Shown here one piece after another: positions 1 through 10,700 of a DNA stretch of 64,000 nucleotides (position 1 is the first letter of the stretch; every line of letters starts with the position of its first letter). A program made the translations under genes and the position numbers. This stretch comes from an uncultured Acidobacteriota bacterium (GTDB lineage: Bacteria > Acidobacteriota > Vicinamibacteria > Vicinamibacterales > CAVVIG01). The notes under the pieces were generated by a model, which saw only the letters and a program-made list of their open reading frames with translations, was not told where the DNA came from and made no database searches. The DNA lies in NCBI GenBank assembly GCA_963789965.1, contig CAWBMO010000006.1, positions 258,651 through 322,650 on the forward strand, read 5' to 3'.

Positions 1-350
1 GGGGCGTGACCTGCTGGAAAAACGTTCCGGGCATCGGCGTCGTTGCGCCGCCACCGGCAGGATTGTTCGTCGCTCCCGTGTGACGCGACGTCGGGGCCGT
101 CAGATCGATGACGCGGACGTAGTTGTTTATCGGCCGCATCGGATCATGCGTTCCCCTGGCAGATCATATCGGCGGCGTTGGCTCCACACTGCTGGAATGC
201 CACATCCTTCGCCGATCCCGAATACGTGATGGATTTCAGATCGCCCAATGCCTTTTGCGCATTGGCGATTACGGTTTTTGCATCCTGCGCCATGGCGCTC
301 CCACACAGGAACGCGAGGCAGATTGCGACGACAGCAAGTTTTTTCAACAC
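1..350 (-). CDS. Secreted protein, N-terminal part (runs off window), possibly MBL-fold hydrolase family; apparent indel at ~154
   Basis: Signal peptide MLKKLAVVAICLAFLCGSAMA-QD. The 68-aa ORF stops after a G run, but removing one base continues the frame as GTHDPMRPINNYVRVIDLTAPTSRHTGATNN... to the window edge. Family guess rests on N-terminal resemblance only. Confidence 0.55.
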
Positions 351-369
351 AGCTTCTTCTCCACTTCTC

Positions 370-1142
370 TTATCGGCCCGCGTTGTTTGCCACGATCGCG
401 CGAAGGTACTTCAAGATCAACTCCAGGTCGCTGTCAGTATACGCGCCAATCACCGACGCGTGCCGCCACGAGCTGCCATCCGCGAACTTCACGGAGCCGG
501 GCAACGCGGTGCGCAGTACCGGCGGTGCAGCCGTGAGATCGTATAGATCGCCGATTGGCTCCCATTGCTGACGACCAGCGCCGGCATCGTGTCGCCCGCC
601 GCCGAAGCGGTGACAACCCGAGGCGTCGCCAGCCTTTGGAGCGACGACACGTCCGCCGGAAGTTCGGCGATCGCCGTCGTCACCGGGATTCCGATGCCAT
701 TCACCTCGTGGCACGTTGAACATCTGACCAAACCGCGCAGGGCGTCAGAAAACAGCTGCCGCCCGCGCTCCGCGTCGGCCGAGAGCGAGGGCCGATCGGC
801 GGCGGCCGTTTGCAGCGCGCTGCCGCCAACAGCGATGCCGTTCAGACCTGCGACATACGCGACAACGGCTGCCAGATCTCCCCGGGACAGCGTGTTGCTG
901 AACGCAGACATCGGTGTGCCGGGCACACCGTTGGAGATCGTTGTATTGATGTAGGCTTCATCGAAGCCTCGCGCGGCCAGTCTCGGCGCGGCTCCGCCCC
1001 CACCGCCGGCGGGCGCATGACAGTAACCCGTGCAGGACGCGGCGAATATCTCGGTGCCACGCCTTACTGAATCCTGCTGCGGCGCCTGCGCCCAGACAAG
1101 CGCCGGAATGGCGCAACCGAGCAAAAACACCGCCCGCGTCAT
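370..1142 (-). CDS. Di-heme c-type cytochrome (indel at ~545)
   Basis: Signal peptide; CTGYCH and CSTCH motifs; GVPGTPM axial-Met segment. The C-terminus continues in ORF 370..723 (YDLTAAPPVLRT...). Start overlaps the stop of the PQQ dehydrogenase. Confidence 0.8.
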
Positions 1143-2842
1143 TTTGCGTCCTGCGGCAACGCGAACACCACGAGCGTGGAACCCATGCGAAACGTCTGTT
1201 CAGGAAACATCCTCGAGGCGAACCCCCCCGTAATCGACTGCTGCCAGCCGGTCGGCGTCGCGATGAACTGCCGGCCATTCACCGAATACGCCACGGCCGA
1301 TCCGCGGTGCCCGGCACCTGTTTGATAGCTCCACAGCCGCGCGCCGGTGCGCGCATCGAGCGCGAAGAAATTCCCTTCCGGGTCGCCCGTGAACACAAGA
1401 TCTCCCGCGGTGACGAGCATGGACGCGAGCAGCAGATACTTGTACGGCACGCTCCAGACGCGTTTGCCTGCGATCGGGTCCCACGCGTCGACGTGACTGT
1501 ACGTCGTCCGATTGGGCGGCAGATTCAGCGTAAAGCCGCCGTTCGTATAGAAGCGTCCTTCCTGGGGTTCCTGTCGATTGGCCGTGATGACGTTGCACAG
1601 CTCGATGGTCGGTGTATAGAGGAGCCCTGTTCGCGGCGAGTACGCCATCTGATTCCAGCTTTTGGCGCCCGCGACGCTCGGGCAGATGTTGACCGGCCTC
1701 CCCGGCTCGGGATCTTTCCGGCCCAGGAGCGTTCCGGTCTCTGTCACGCCGTCGATCCAGGTCCGAACTTCGGGCACCGAGAACACGCCAACGACCTCGC
1801 CCGTTGCGCGATCCAGAACGGAGGTCAAGCCGCTCTTGTTCATGTGGACGAGGAGCTTGCGCAACCGGCCGTTCACGACGCGGTCGAGGAGGATGGCTTC
1901 GTAGGCCGAGTCGTAGTCCCACACATCAGCCGGGATCTCCTGGTGGTACCAGCGCAAACTACCGTTGTCGGCGTCGAGCGCGACGACGCTGCTGGTGTAG
2001 AGGTTGGCTTCCTCGCTCTTTTCATTGGTCTTAACATTTTCGGCGAGGCGATCGCCGCCAAAAAAATCGCCGGAGGCGTTCCCGGTGCCCCAGTAGACGA
2101 GGTTCAGCTCTGGATCGTATGAGCCCGTCATCCATGGAGCGCCGCCGCCAAGCTTCCAGCTATCGCCTTTCCACGTCTCGTTGCCCTTCGCTCCGGGCCC
2201 GGGAATCACGTAAAAGCGCCAGGCGAGCCGGCCGGTCCTGGCATGGAAGGCGGTGAGATACCCGCGATGTGCGAGCTCGCCTCCGGTTCCGCCGACGATC
2301 ACCGTGTCCTTCACCACCAAAGGCGCGGATGTGACGTTGCAGCCGCACTGCTTCGAGTCGTCTATCGCGACCCGCCATACCTCGTGGCCGGTTTTCTGAT
2401 CGAGCGCGACGAGGAAGTTGTCGGTCGATCCGTAGAACACCTTTCCGTCGGACACCGCGACGCCGCGGTTCAACAAGAACGTCTGGCCGCCGGGGCGTGC
2501 GGGCCGCGGCGCCATCGGCTTGTGCTGCCACAGGAGCCGTCCGCTCGCGGCGTCGAGCGCGAACACCCAGTTGCGAGGCGTGATGAGGTACATCACGCCA
2601 TCGATCACTATCGGTGTCGAGTGGAGGTTGTCAGAGTAATCGCCGGTCTGGAACATCCAGGCCGCCGTGAGATTTCTGACGTTGGTGGTGTTGACCTGAT
2701 CGAGCGCGCTATAGCGCCACGCCGACTGCGTCCCGCCATAATGCGGCCAGTCCGCGCGGGTCGCGCCGTCGAACGCCTGTTCCTGGGCCGGTAAGCGTGC
2801 GATGGCAATCAGGACGCCGACCAACACAATCGGGATGCGCAC
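1139..2842 (-). CDS. PQQ-dependent dehydrogenase (alcohol/methanol dehydrogenase-type beta-propeller)
   Basis: Signal peptide; DWPHYGG...RYSALDQVN, TPIVIDGVMY, repeated ALDAxTG-W docking motifs, GGGAPW, YWGTGN, WDYD, VFALP C-terminus. Confidence 0.92.
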   Translation of the reverse strand: MRIPIVLVGVLIAIARLPAQEQAFDGATRADWPHYGGTQSAWRYSALDQVNTTNVRNLTAAWMFQTGDYSDNLHSTPIVIDGVMYLITPRNWVFALDAASGRLLWQHKPMAPRPARPGGQTFLLNRGVAVSDGKVFYGSTDNFLVALDQKTGHEVWRVAIDDSKQCGCNVTSAPLVVKDTVIVGGTGGELAHRGYLTAFHARTGRLAWRFYVIPGPGAKGNETWKGDSWKLGGGAPWMTGSYDPELNLVYWGTGNASGDFFGGDRLAENVKTNEKSEEANLYTSSVVALDADNGSLRWYHQEIPADVWDYDSAYEAILLDRVVNGRLRKLLVHMNKSGLTSVLDRATGEVVGVFSVPEVRTWIDGVTETGTLLGRKDPEPGRPVNICPSVAGAKSWNQMAYSPRTGLLYTPTIELCNVITANRQEPQEGRFYTNGGFTLNLPPNRTTYSHVDAWDPIAGKRVWSVPYKYLLLASMLVTAGDLVFTGDPEGNFFALDARTGARLWSYQTGAGHRGSAVAYSVNGRQFIATPTGWQQSITGGFASRMFPEQTFRMGSTLVVFALPQDAK

Positions 2843-2866
2843 GCCCGGCCCCCAAACTTCTAACTT

Positions 2867-4618
2867 CTAGAGATGTATCCACCCGTACCGCGTCAGCGTG
2901 GGCTCCACATCGAGCGCCGCGTATTGCTCCTTGATTCTGGACAGGTTGTCGGCGCTGAAGGGCGGGAGCTCGAGAACCTTTTTCAGTCCGTCCGGTATCC
3001 GCTGCTCGTAGTCCTTCGGCACCGGCTTGAATCGCTCCTGCAGATTGCCCGAGGTGCTGATCCCGTAGATCTTCGCGGAATTCAGGCCGAGAATCTTTCG
3101 TTTCGCGTCCTGCGTCAGCTCCGGATACCCGTATTTCTTCCGCAGCTCCTCGGGGATCTGGAATCGCCACAGCGCGTCGATTTGCCACTGCGGCGACCCG
3201 TACCAGACCGAGTCGGAGCCGAACACGATTCGGTCCGGGCCCATGAACTTCATGAGCTGCCCCATGATGTGCGCGGCGACGGTCGGGAACGTGACGATGG
3301 ACGATGCCCAGGTGGTGCCGATCTCGGCGTACGCATTTCTGAACGGCGCCATCAGCTGGGCATATTCGGTTGTCCAGGCGATATCGGGGACACCGCCGCG
3401 CAGCCTTCCCGACCTGACCTCGTCGAGTGCATCGCCCATGAAAAACGGCGGACGGATGCATGAGTGATACGTGATGAAGTTGAGATTCGGCCAGTCCCTC
3501 GCGGCCTTCGGCAGATCCGCGGGATGGCCAATCTCCGGCCTCACGGGCTCGCCGTTCGTCAGCCCCTTGTGGACGCAGATGTTGTTGAAGCCCGGTTTCT
3601 GGCCCTTCAGTGACGGGTACATCTTGTTGATCAACTCGAACGTCGGATACGCCACCTGCTCGTCGTCGTGACGCCACTGCCGCATCGGGCTCATCGGATC
3701 GTTGTCGATTTTCGCGGCGTTCGAGATGTTGTAGCCCTTCCACGAGTCGGGCTTGTTCTGCTGGATCTGCTCCTGGATGAAATCGAGATTCCCTTTGCCG
3801 ACATAGAGCAGGCCGTGCGCAAGCATTCGCGTCGATCCCGAGATGCCGTTGACGAAATCGCGGGCGGCCGCCGTCTGGGCCGCCGTCAGCATCTCGCCGG
3901 CCATGGCCTCGCGGGCGTTCCTCGGCGGCCGCGGTTTGTCTCCGTCCACGGTGACCACGCTCGCGGTGACGTTGCTCAGGAGTCCGACCGTCACCTGGCT
4001 GTCCAGATAGACGTCCTTGATGAACTGCACGAGCAGGAAATTGTCGGGCGTGTTCGGCAAGCCGACGAGTGCGGGATTCCACACGCCCCAGGCGTCGCCA
4101 CGCTCATCCCGGACGTTCTTGGGGTTGAACTGATTGCCTTGCCCGCCGGACGAGGGTCCCTGCGAGAGCGATCGCAGGCCCATCCCGACGGCCCCGCGCG
4201 TACCGCGGACGAAGTGCAGCTGATCGTCGAAAACAAAAAGATCGCGCGGCGTTCCTGCCTGCGCGTAGGCGGTCGGCTCGAACATCTCGATGGGGTCGAC
4301 GTCGAAGAACCGGCCGAAGACCTCGTTCATCGCGAGAAGCGCCGCGGCCATGCCGCCGCTGCTCTTCAGGAACTGCCGCCGGTCGACGCCGAGCTTTTTG
4401 CTCGCCTGTTCCGACAGCTCCTGAATCCGTGCCTCGACCCGCTTTTGCTTGTCCGTCTGCGGGACCGGCATGTACTCGCCGTTCGAGATCATGCGCGTCG
4501 GAACAGGAGACCGGGGCGCCTGGTCTTCGTAAGCCCTGGAGCACCGAGCCACCTGCTCCTCGTCAAGGAATCCCCGGTCGTCTTCCCACACGCGTCCTTC
4601 TTCGTGCCATCTCGTCAT
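2867..4618 (-). CDS. Amidohydrolase family protein (Amidohydro_2-like)
   Basis: DDQLH, CVHKG, ITYHS and IVFGSDSVWYGSPQWQI motifs; KILGLNSAKIY; internal twin-arginine-like DRRQFLK. Confidence 0.85.
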   Translation of the reverse strand: MTRWHEEGRVWEDDRGFLDEEQVARCSRAYEDQAPRSPVPTRMISNGEYMPVPQTDKQKRVEARIQELSEQASKKLGVDRRQFLKSSGGMAAALLAMNEVFGRFFDVDPIEMFEPTAYAQAGTPRDLFVFDDQLHFVRGTRGAVGMGLRSLSQGPSSGGQGNQFNPKNVRDERGDAWGVWNPALVGLPNTPDNFLLVQFIKDVYLDSQVTVGLLSNVTASVVTVDGDKPRPPRNAREAMAGEMLTAAQTAAARDFVNGISGSTRMLAHGLLYVGKGNLDFIQEQIQQNKPDSWKGYNISNAAKIDNDPMSPMRQWRHDDEQVAYPTFELINKMYPSLKGQKPGFNNICVHKGLTNGEPVRPEIGHPADLPKAARDWPNLNFITYHSCIRPPFFMGDALDEVRSGRLRGGVPDIAWTTEYAQLMAPFRNAYAEIGTTWASSIVTFPTVAAHIMGQLMKFMGPDRIVFGSDSVWYGSPQWQIDALWRFQIPEELRKKYGYPELTQDAKRKILGLNSAKIYGISTSGNLQERFKPVPKDYEQRIPDGLKKVLELPPFSADNLSRIKEQYAALDVEPTLTRYGWIHL

Positions 4619-4672
4619 GAGCGGCGATGGTAGCGCCGACCAGACCAGAGATCAACGATATCGGCGGAATGA

Positions 4673-4727
4673 GGACGAAGGACGACCAGGGACGAAGGAC
4701 GGACTAAGAACCAAGGACCCGTGACCC
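4673..4727. repeat. Degenerate GGAC(N)AA short tandem repeat, intergenic
   Basis: ggacgaa-ggacgacca-gggacgaa-ggac-ggactaa-gaaccaa-ggaccc read directly between two genes. Confidence 0.55.
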
Positions 4728-4732
4728 AGCGC

Positions 4733-7700
4733 TCAGTTCGTCACGAGCACGTCGTCAATGAGCACCTCGGCCGTCTCGTCAGTGCCGGTCTTTCTGGTGA
4801 GGTAGCTACCGAGCGCCAGTGTGTGCGTTCCGGCCGGGAGCGAACCGAGATTGATCTGCACCTGCTGCCATCCCGTCGTCATGGTGACGCCGGTGCCGCC
4901 GGCCTGCGCGACATAGTCATTGGGGGCCACGCCCTTCAGGACGCCGTTGACGCTCACCAGCGTCTGGCCGAGCTCGCCGCTGTCGAGATTCGACGCCGTG
5001 AGCTTGTACCGGAACGAAAGGATCACGGTCGTCGTGGTCGAGAGGGTGAAGGTGCGTTGCCAGCCGCCGGAAATGTTGGGGATATTGTTGCTGTTGATCC
5101 CGCCGACGAGGGTCTGGAGGCCGCCGCCGGTGAAGCCGCCTGCGGGGAGCTGCGCGCCCTGGGCGTAGTTCGGCTTACTGGTGCCGCGGAACAAGTCGTC
5201 CGCATAAGTGAAACTGTCGGCGCCCGTGTCGAAGTGGGCTTCGATAAACGTGGTAACCGCCGGCGCGTTCACCGTGAGGGTCGCGGCCGCACTCGTGACG
5301 CTGCCGGCGACGTTTGAGACGACGACGTCGAACGAGGCGCCGTCGTCGGATACGGCGGTCGGCGTGAGCACGTAGCTTGCGCTGGTGGCGCCGGCGATGG
5401 GCGCGCCGTTGCGCCGCCACTGGTACGACAAGGGCGCCGTGCCGGCGGCGACGACGGAGAAGCTGGCGGCGGCCGGTGCGGTGACCGTTACATTCGCGGG
5501 CGGCGTGGTAATGCTGGGCGTCACGTTGACCGTGAGCGTGGCGGCGGTACTCGTAACGCTGCCGGCGCTGTTCGAGACGACGACATCGAAGGACGCGCCG
5601 CTGTCACTGCCCGCGGTCGGCGAGAGGATGTAGCTGGCGCTGGTGGCGCCGGCAATGGGCGCGCCGTTGCGGCGCCACTGATAGCTGAGCGGGGCATCGC
5701 CGGCGGCGACGACCGAGAAGGTGGCCGCGGCGGGTGCCGTCACCGTCACGTTGGCCGGCGGCGTCGTGATGCTGGGCGCCACGTTCACCGTGAGCATGGC
5801 GGCCGCACTCGTGACGGTGCCGACGCTATTGGAGACGACGACGTCGAAGGACGCGCCGCTGTCACTGCCCGCGGTCGGCGTCAGGACATAGCTGGCGCTG
5901 GTGGCGCCGGCGATGGGCACGCCGTTGCGCCGCCACTGGTACGACAAGGGTGCCGTGCCGGCGGCGACGACCGAGAAGTTGGCGGCCGCCGGGGCAGTGA
6001 CCGTCACGTTGGCCGGCGGCGTGGTAATGCTGGGCGTCACGTTGACCGTGAGTGTGGCTGCCGCACTGGTGACACTGCCAACGCCGTTCGAGACGACGAC
6101 GTCGAAGGACGCGCCGCTGTCACTGCCGGCGGTCGGCGTGAGGATGTAGCTGGCGCTGGTGGCGCCGGCAATGGGCGCGCCGTTGCGGCGCCACTGATAG
6201 CTGAGCGGGGCATCGCCGGCGGCGACGACGGAGAAGCTGGCCGCGGCGGGTTCCGTGACCGTCACGTTGGCCGGCGACGTCGTGATGCTGGGCGGCACGT
6301 TGACCGTGAGGGTGACGGCCACACTGGTGACGCTGCCGACGCCGTTCGAGACGACGACGTCGAAGGACGCGCCGCTGTCGGTGCCGGCCGTTGGCGTCAG
6401 GACATAGCTGGCGCTCGTGGCGCCGCTGATGGCGACGCCGTTGCGGCGCCACTGGTACGACAGTGGTGCCGTGCCCGCGGCGACGACGGAGAAGGTGGCC
6501 GCGGCGGGCGCGGTGACCGTCACGTTGGCCGGCGGCGTCGTGATGCTGGGCGTCACGTTGACCGTGAGTGTGGCTGCCGCACTGGTGACACTGCCAACGC
6601 CGTTCGAGACGACGACGTCGAAGGACGCGCCGCTGTCACTGCCGGCGGTCGGCGTGAGGATGTAGCTGGCGCTGGTGGCGCCGGCAATGGGCGCACCGTT
6701 GCGCCGCCACTGATAGCTGAGTGGGGCGTCGCCGGCGGCAACAACCGAGAAGCTGGCCGCGGCGGGTTCCGTGACCGTCACGTTGGCCGGCGACGTCGTG
6801 ATGCTGGGCGGCACGTTGACCGTGAGGGTGACGGCCGCACTGGTGACGCTGCCGACGCCGTTCGAGACGACGACGTCGAAGGACGCGCCGCTGTCGGCGC
6901 CGGCGGTCGGCGTCAGGACGTAGGACGCGCTGGTCGCGCCGGCAATCGGCGCGCTATTGCGGCGCCACTGATAGCTGAGCGGCGCGTCGCCGGCGGCGAC
7001 GACGGAAAAGCTGGCCGCGGCGGGGGCGGTGACCGTCACACTCGAGGGTGGCGTGGTGATGCTGGGCGCCACGGGAGCGGCGTTCACCGTGAGCGTGGCA
7101 GCCGCACTGGTGATGCTTCCCGCGATATTGGAGACGACGACGTCGAACGAGGCGCCACTGTCGGCAACAGCCGTTGGGTCGAGGACGTAACTGGCGCTCG
7201 TCGCGCCCGCGATCGGCGCGCCATTGCGGCGCCACTGATACGACAACGGTGCCGTGCCGGCGGCGACGACGGAGAAGTTGGCCGCGGCGGGTGCCGTCAC
7301 TGTCACGTTGGCCGGCGGCGTCGTGATGCTCGGGAGCAGATTCACCGTGAGCGTGGCGGCCGCACTCGTGACGGTGCCGACGCTGTTCGAGACGACGACG
7401 TCGAAGGAGGCGCCGCTGTCGCTGCCGGCCGTCGGCGTCAGCACGTAAGACGCGCTGGTGGCGCCGGCGATGGGTGCACCGTTGCGGCGCCACTGGTACG
7501 CCAGCGGTGCCGTGCCGGCGGCGACGACCGAGAAGGTGGCGGCGGCCGGGGCAGTGACCGTCACGTTCGCGGGCGGCGTCGTGATGCTGGGTGTCACGTT
7601 GACCGTGAGCGTGGCAGCCACACTGGTGACGCTGCCGACGCCGTTCGAGACGACCACGTCGAAGGAGGCGCCGTTGTCACTGTCGGCGGTCGGCGTGAGC

Positions 7701-10700
7701 ACGTAGCTGGCGCTGGTGGCGCCGCCGATGGCAACGCCGTTGCGCCGCCACTGATAGCTGAGCGGCGCATCGCCGGCGGCGACGACCGAGAAGTTGGCCG
7801 CGGCGGGTGCCGTCACCGTCACGTTGGCCGGCGGCGTCGTGATGCTGGGCGCCACGTTCACCGTGAGCGTGGCGGCCGCACTCGTGACGGTGCCGACGCT
7901 ATTGGAGACGACGACGTCGAAGGAGGCGCCGCTGTCGGCGCCGGCGGTCGGCGTCAGGTCGTAGGACGCGCTGGTCGCGCCGGCAATGGGCGCGCTGTTG
8001 CGGCGCCACTGATAGCTGAGCGGCGCGTCGCCGGTGGCGACGACGGAGAAGCTGGCCGCGGCCGGGGCGCTGACCGTCACGTTGGCCGGCGGCGTGGCAA
8101 TGCTGGGCGGTACGGGCGCCGGATTGACCGTGAGCGTGGCAGCCGCGCTCGTAACGGTACCGGCGCCATTGGAGACGACGACGTCAAAAGATGCGCCGCT
8201 GTCGGCCACGGCGGTCGGCGTCAACACATAGGAGGAGCCGGTGGCGCCGCCGATGTCTGTGCCATTGCGGCGCCACTGATAGCTGAGCGGTGCATCGCCG
8301 GTGGCCACGACGGAGAAGCTGGCGGCGGCCGGGGCGGTGACCGTCACGTTGGCCGGCGGCGTGGTGATGCTGGGCGGTACGGGCGCCGGATTGACCGTGA
8401 GCGTGGCAGCCGCGCTGGTAACGCTGCCGCCGGCATTGGAAACCACAACGTCGAACGACGCGCCGCTATCGGCGACGGCGGTCGGTGTCAACACATAGGA
8501 GGAGCCGGTGGCACCGCCGATGTCCGTGCCATTGCGGCGCCACTGATAGCTGAGCGGCGCATCACCAGCCGCGACGACGGAGAAGTTGGCCGCGGCGGGG
8601 GCGGTGACCGTCACATTCGCCGGCGGCGTGGTGATGCTGGGCGCCGCTGGCACGGGGTCGGTCAGCAACACGTCATCGATGAGAACCTCGGCCGACTCGT
8701 CGGGGTAGGTCTTCTTGTTGTTGTAAGCGCCGAGCGCCAGCATGTGGGTGCCAGCCGAGAGCATCCCGAAATCGATCTGGATGAGCTGCCACCCGGTCGT
8801 CGTCGGGCCGCCGCCGACGACCTGGGCGATGTAGTCATGCGGCGCGACACCGTGGAGGGTGCCGTCGAGGCTCACCAGCATCTGGCTGAACTCGTCGGGC
8901 TCGTAAAAGGCGGTCTCGGTGAGCCGATACCGGAACGAGAGGCTGACGAGCGCCGGGGCTGCGAGGACGAAGCTGCGCCGCCAGCCGCCGGAGATGTTGA
9001 GAATGTTTTGACTGTTGATGTCGCCGACGATGACCTGCAGGGCGCCGCCGGTGAAGCCACCGGTGGCGATCCGAGTGCCGTTGGCGTAGGTGGGCTCATT
9101 GGTGCCCCGGAACAGGTCGTCCAGGTAGGTGAAGCTGTCTGAATCCGTATTGAAGTGGGCGTCGATCAGCACGGGGCCGCCGCCTCCACCACCACTATTC
9201 ACCGTGAGCGTGGCGGCCGCGCTGGTAGCGCTGCCGGCGACGTTGGAGACGATGACGTCGAACGACGCACCGCTGTCGGCCACAGTCGTCGGGTTCAACA
9301 CGTAGCTGGCGCTGGTGGCGCCGGCAATGGGCGCGCCGTTGCGGCGCCACTGGTACGACAAGGGCGCCGTGCCGGCGGCGACAACGGAGAAGGTGGCTGC
9401 CGCGGGCGCCGTGACCGTCACGTTCGCCGGCGGCGTGGTGATGCTGGGCGTCACGTTCGCCGTGAGCGTGGCGGCCGCACTGGTAACGGTACCCGCGACG
9501 TTGGAGACAACGACGTCGAAGGAGGCGCCGCTGTCCGTGCCGGCCGTCGGCGTGAGGACGTACGTGGGGCTGGTGGCGCCACCGATGGGTGCGCCATTGC
9601 GCCGCCACTGGTACGACAACGGCGTCGTGCCGGCGGCGACGATGGAGAAGTTGGCCGCAGCAGGCGCCGTCACCGTGACGTTGGCCGGTGGCGTGGTGAT
9701 GCTGGGCGCCACCGGCGCGCCGTTCACCGTGAGGATGGCGGCCGCACTCGTGATGCTGCCGGCGACATTGGAGACGACCACGTCGAACGAGGCGCCGTTG
9801 TCCCCAACGGCCGTCGGGTTGAGCGCGTAGCTGGCGCTGGTGGCGCCGGCGACGGGCGCGCCGTTGCGGCGCCACTGGTACGACAACGGCGTCGTGCCAG
9901 CGGCGACGACGGAGAAGTTGGCCGCAGCAGGTGCCGTGACCGTCACGTTGGCCGGCGGCGTGGTGATGCTGGGCGACACGTTCACCGTGAGCGCGGCGGC
10001 GCTACTGGTAACGGTACCAGCGGCATTGGAGACGACGACGTCGAACGAAGCGCCGCTGTCTGTGCCAGCCGTCGGCGTGAGGATGTACGTGGCGCTGGTG
10101 GCGTCCCCAACGGGCGCGCCGTTTCGACGCCACTGATAACTGAGCGGCGCATCGCCGGTCGCGACAACCGAGAAGCTGGCGGCGGCCGGGGCGGTGACCG
10201 TCACGTTCGCGGGCGGCGTGGTGATGCTGGGCGGCACGTTCACGGTGAGCGTGGCGAACGTGCTGGTGACGCTGCCGCCCGCATTGGAGACGACCACGTC
10301 GAACGACGCGCCGCTGTCGGCCACGGAAGTCGGAGTCAACACATAGGAGGCGCTGGTGGCGCCGCCGATGGGCGCGCCGTTGCGGCGCCACTGGTACGAC
10401 AACGGCGCCGTGCCAGCCGCGACGACGGAGAAGGAAGCAGCGGCCGGGGCGGTGACCGTCACGTTCGCGGGCGGCGTGGTGATACTGGGTGCCACCGGCG
10501 TCGCGTCGGTCAGCACCACATCGTCGATGAGCACTTCGGACGATTCGTCGGGATAGGTCTTCTGGTTGTTGTAAGCGCCGAGGGTCAGAAGGTGCGTGCC
10601 CGCTGAGAGTGTCCCGAGATTGATCTGGACGAGCTGCCAGCCGGTCGTCATCGGGCCGCCGCCGATAACCTGCGCAATGTAGTCATTGGGCGACAAACCG

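Noticed and set aside
2709..4633. Long alternative ORFs 2709..4082 (-) and 3668..4633 (+)
   Set aside because: They overlap the motif-bearing amidohydrolase; Arg/Gly-rich off-frame products expected at high GC.
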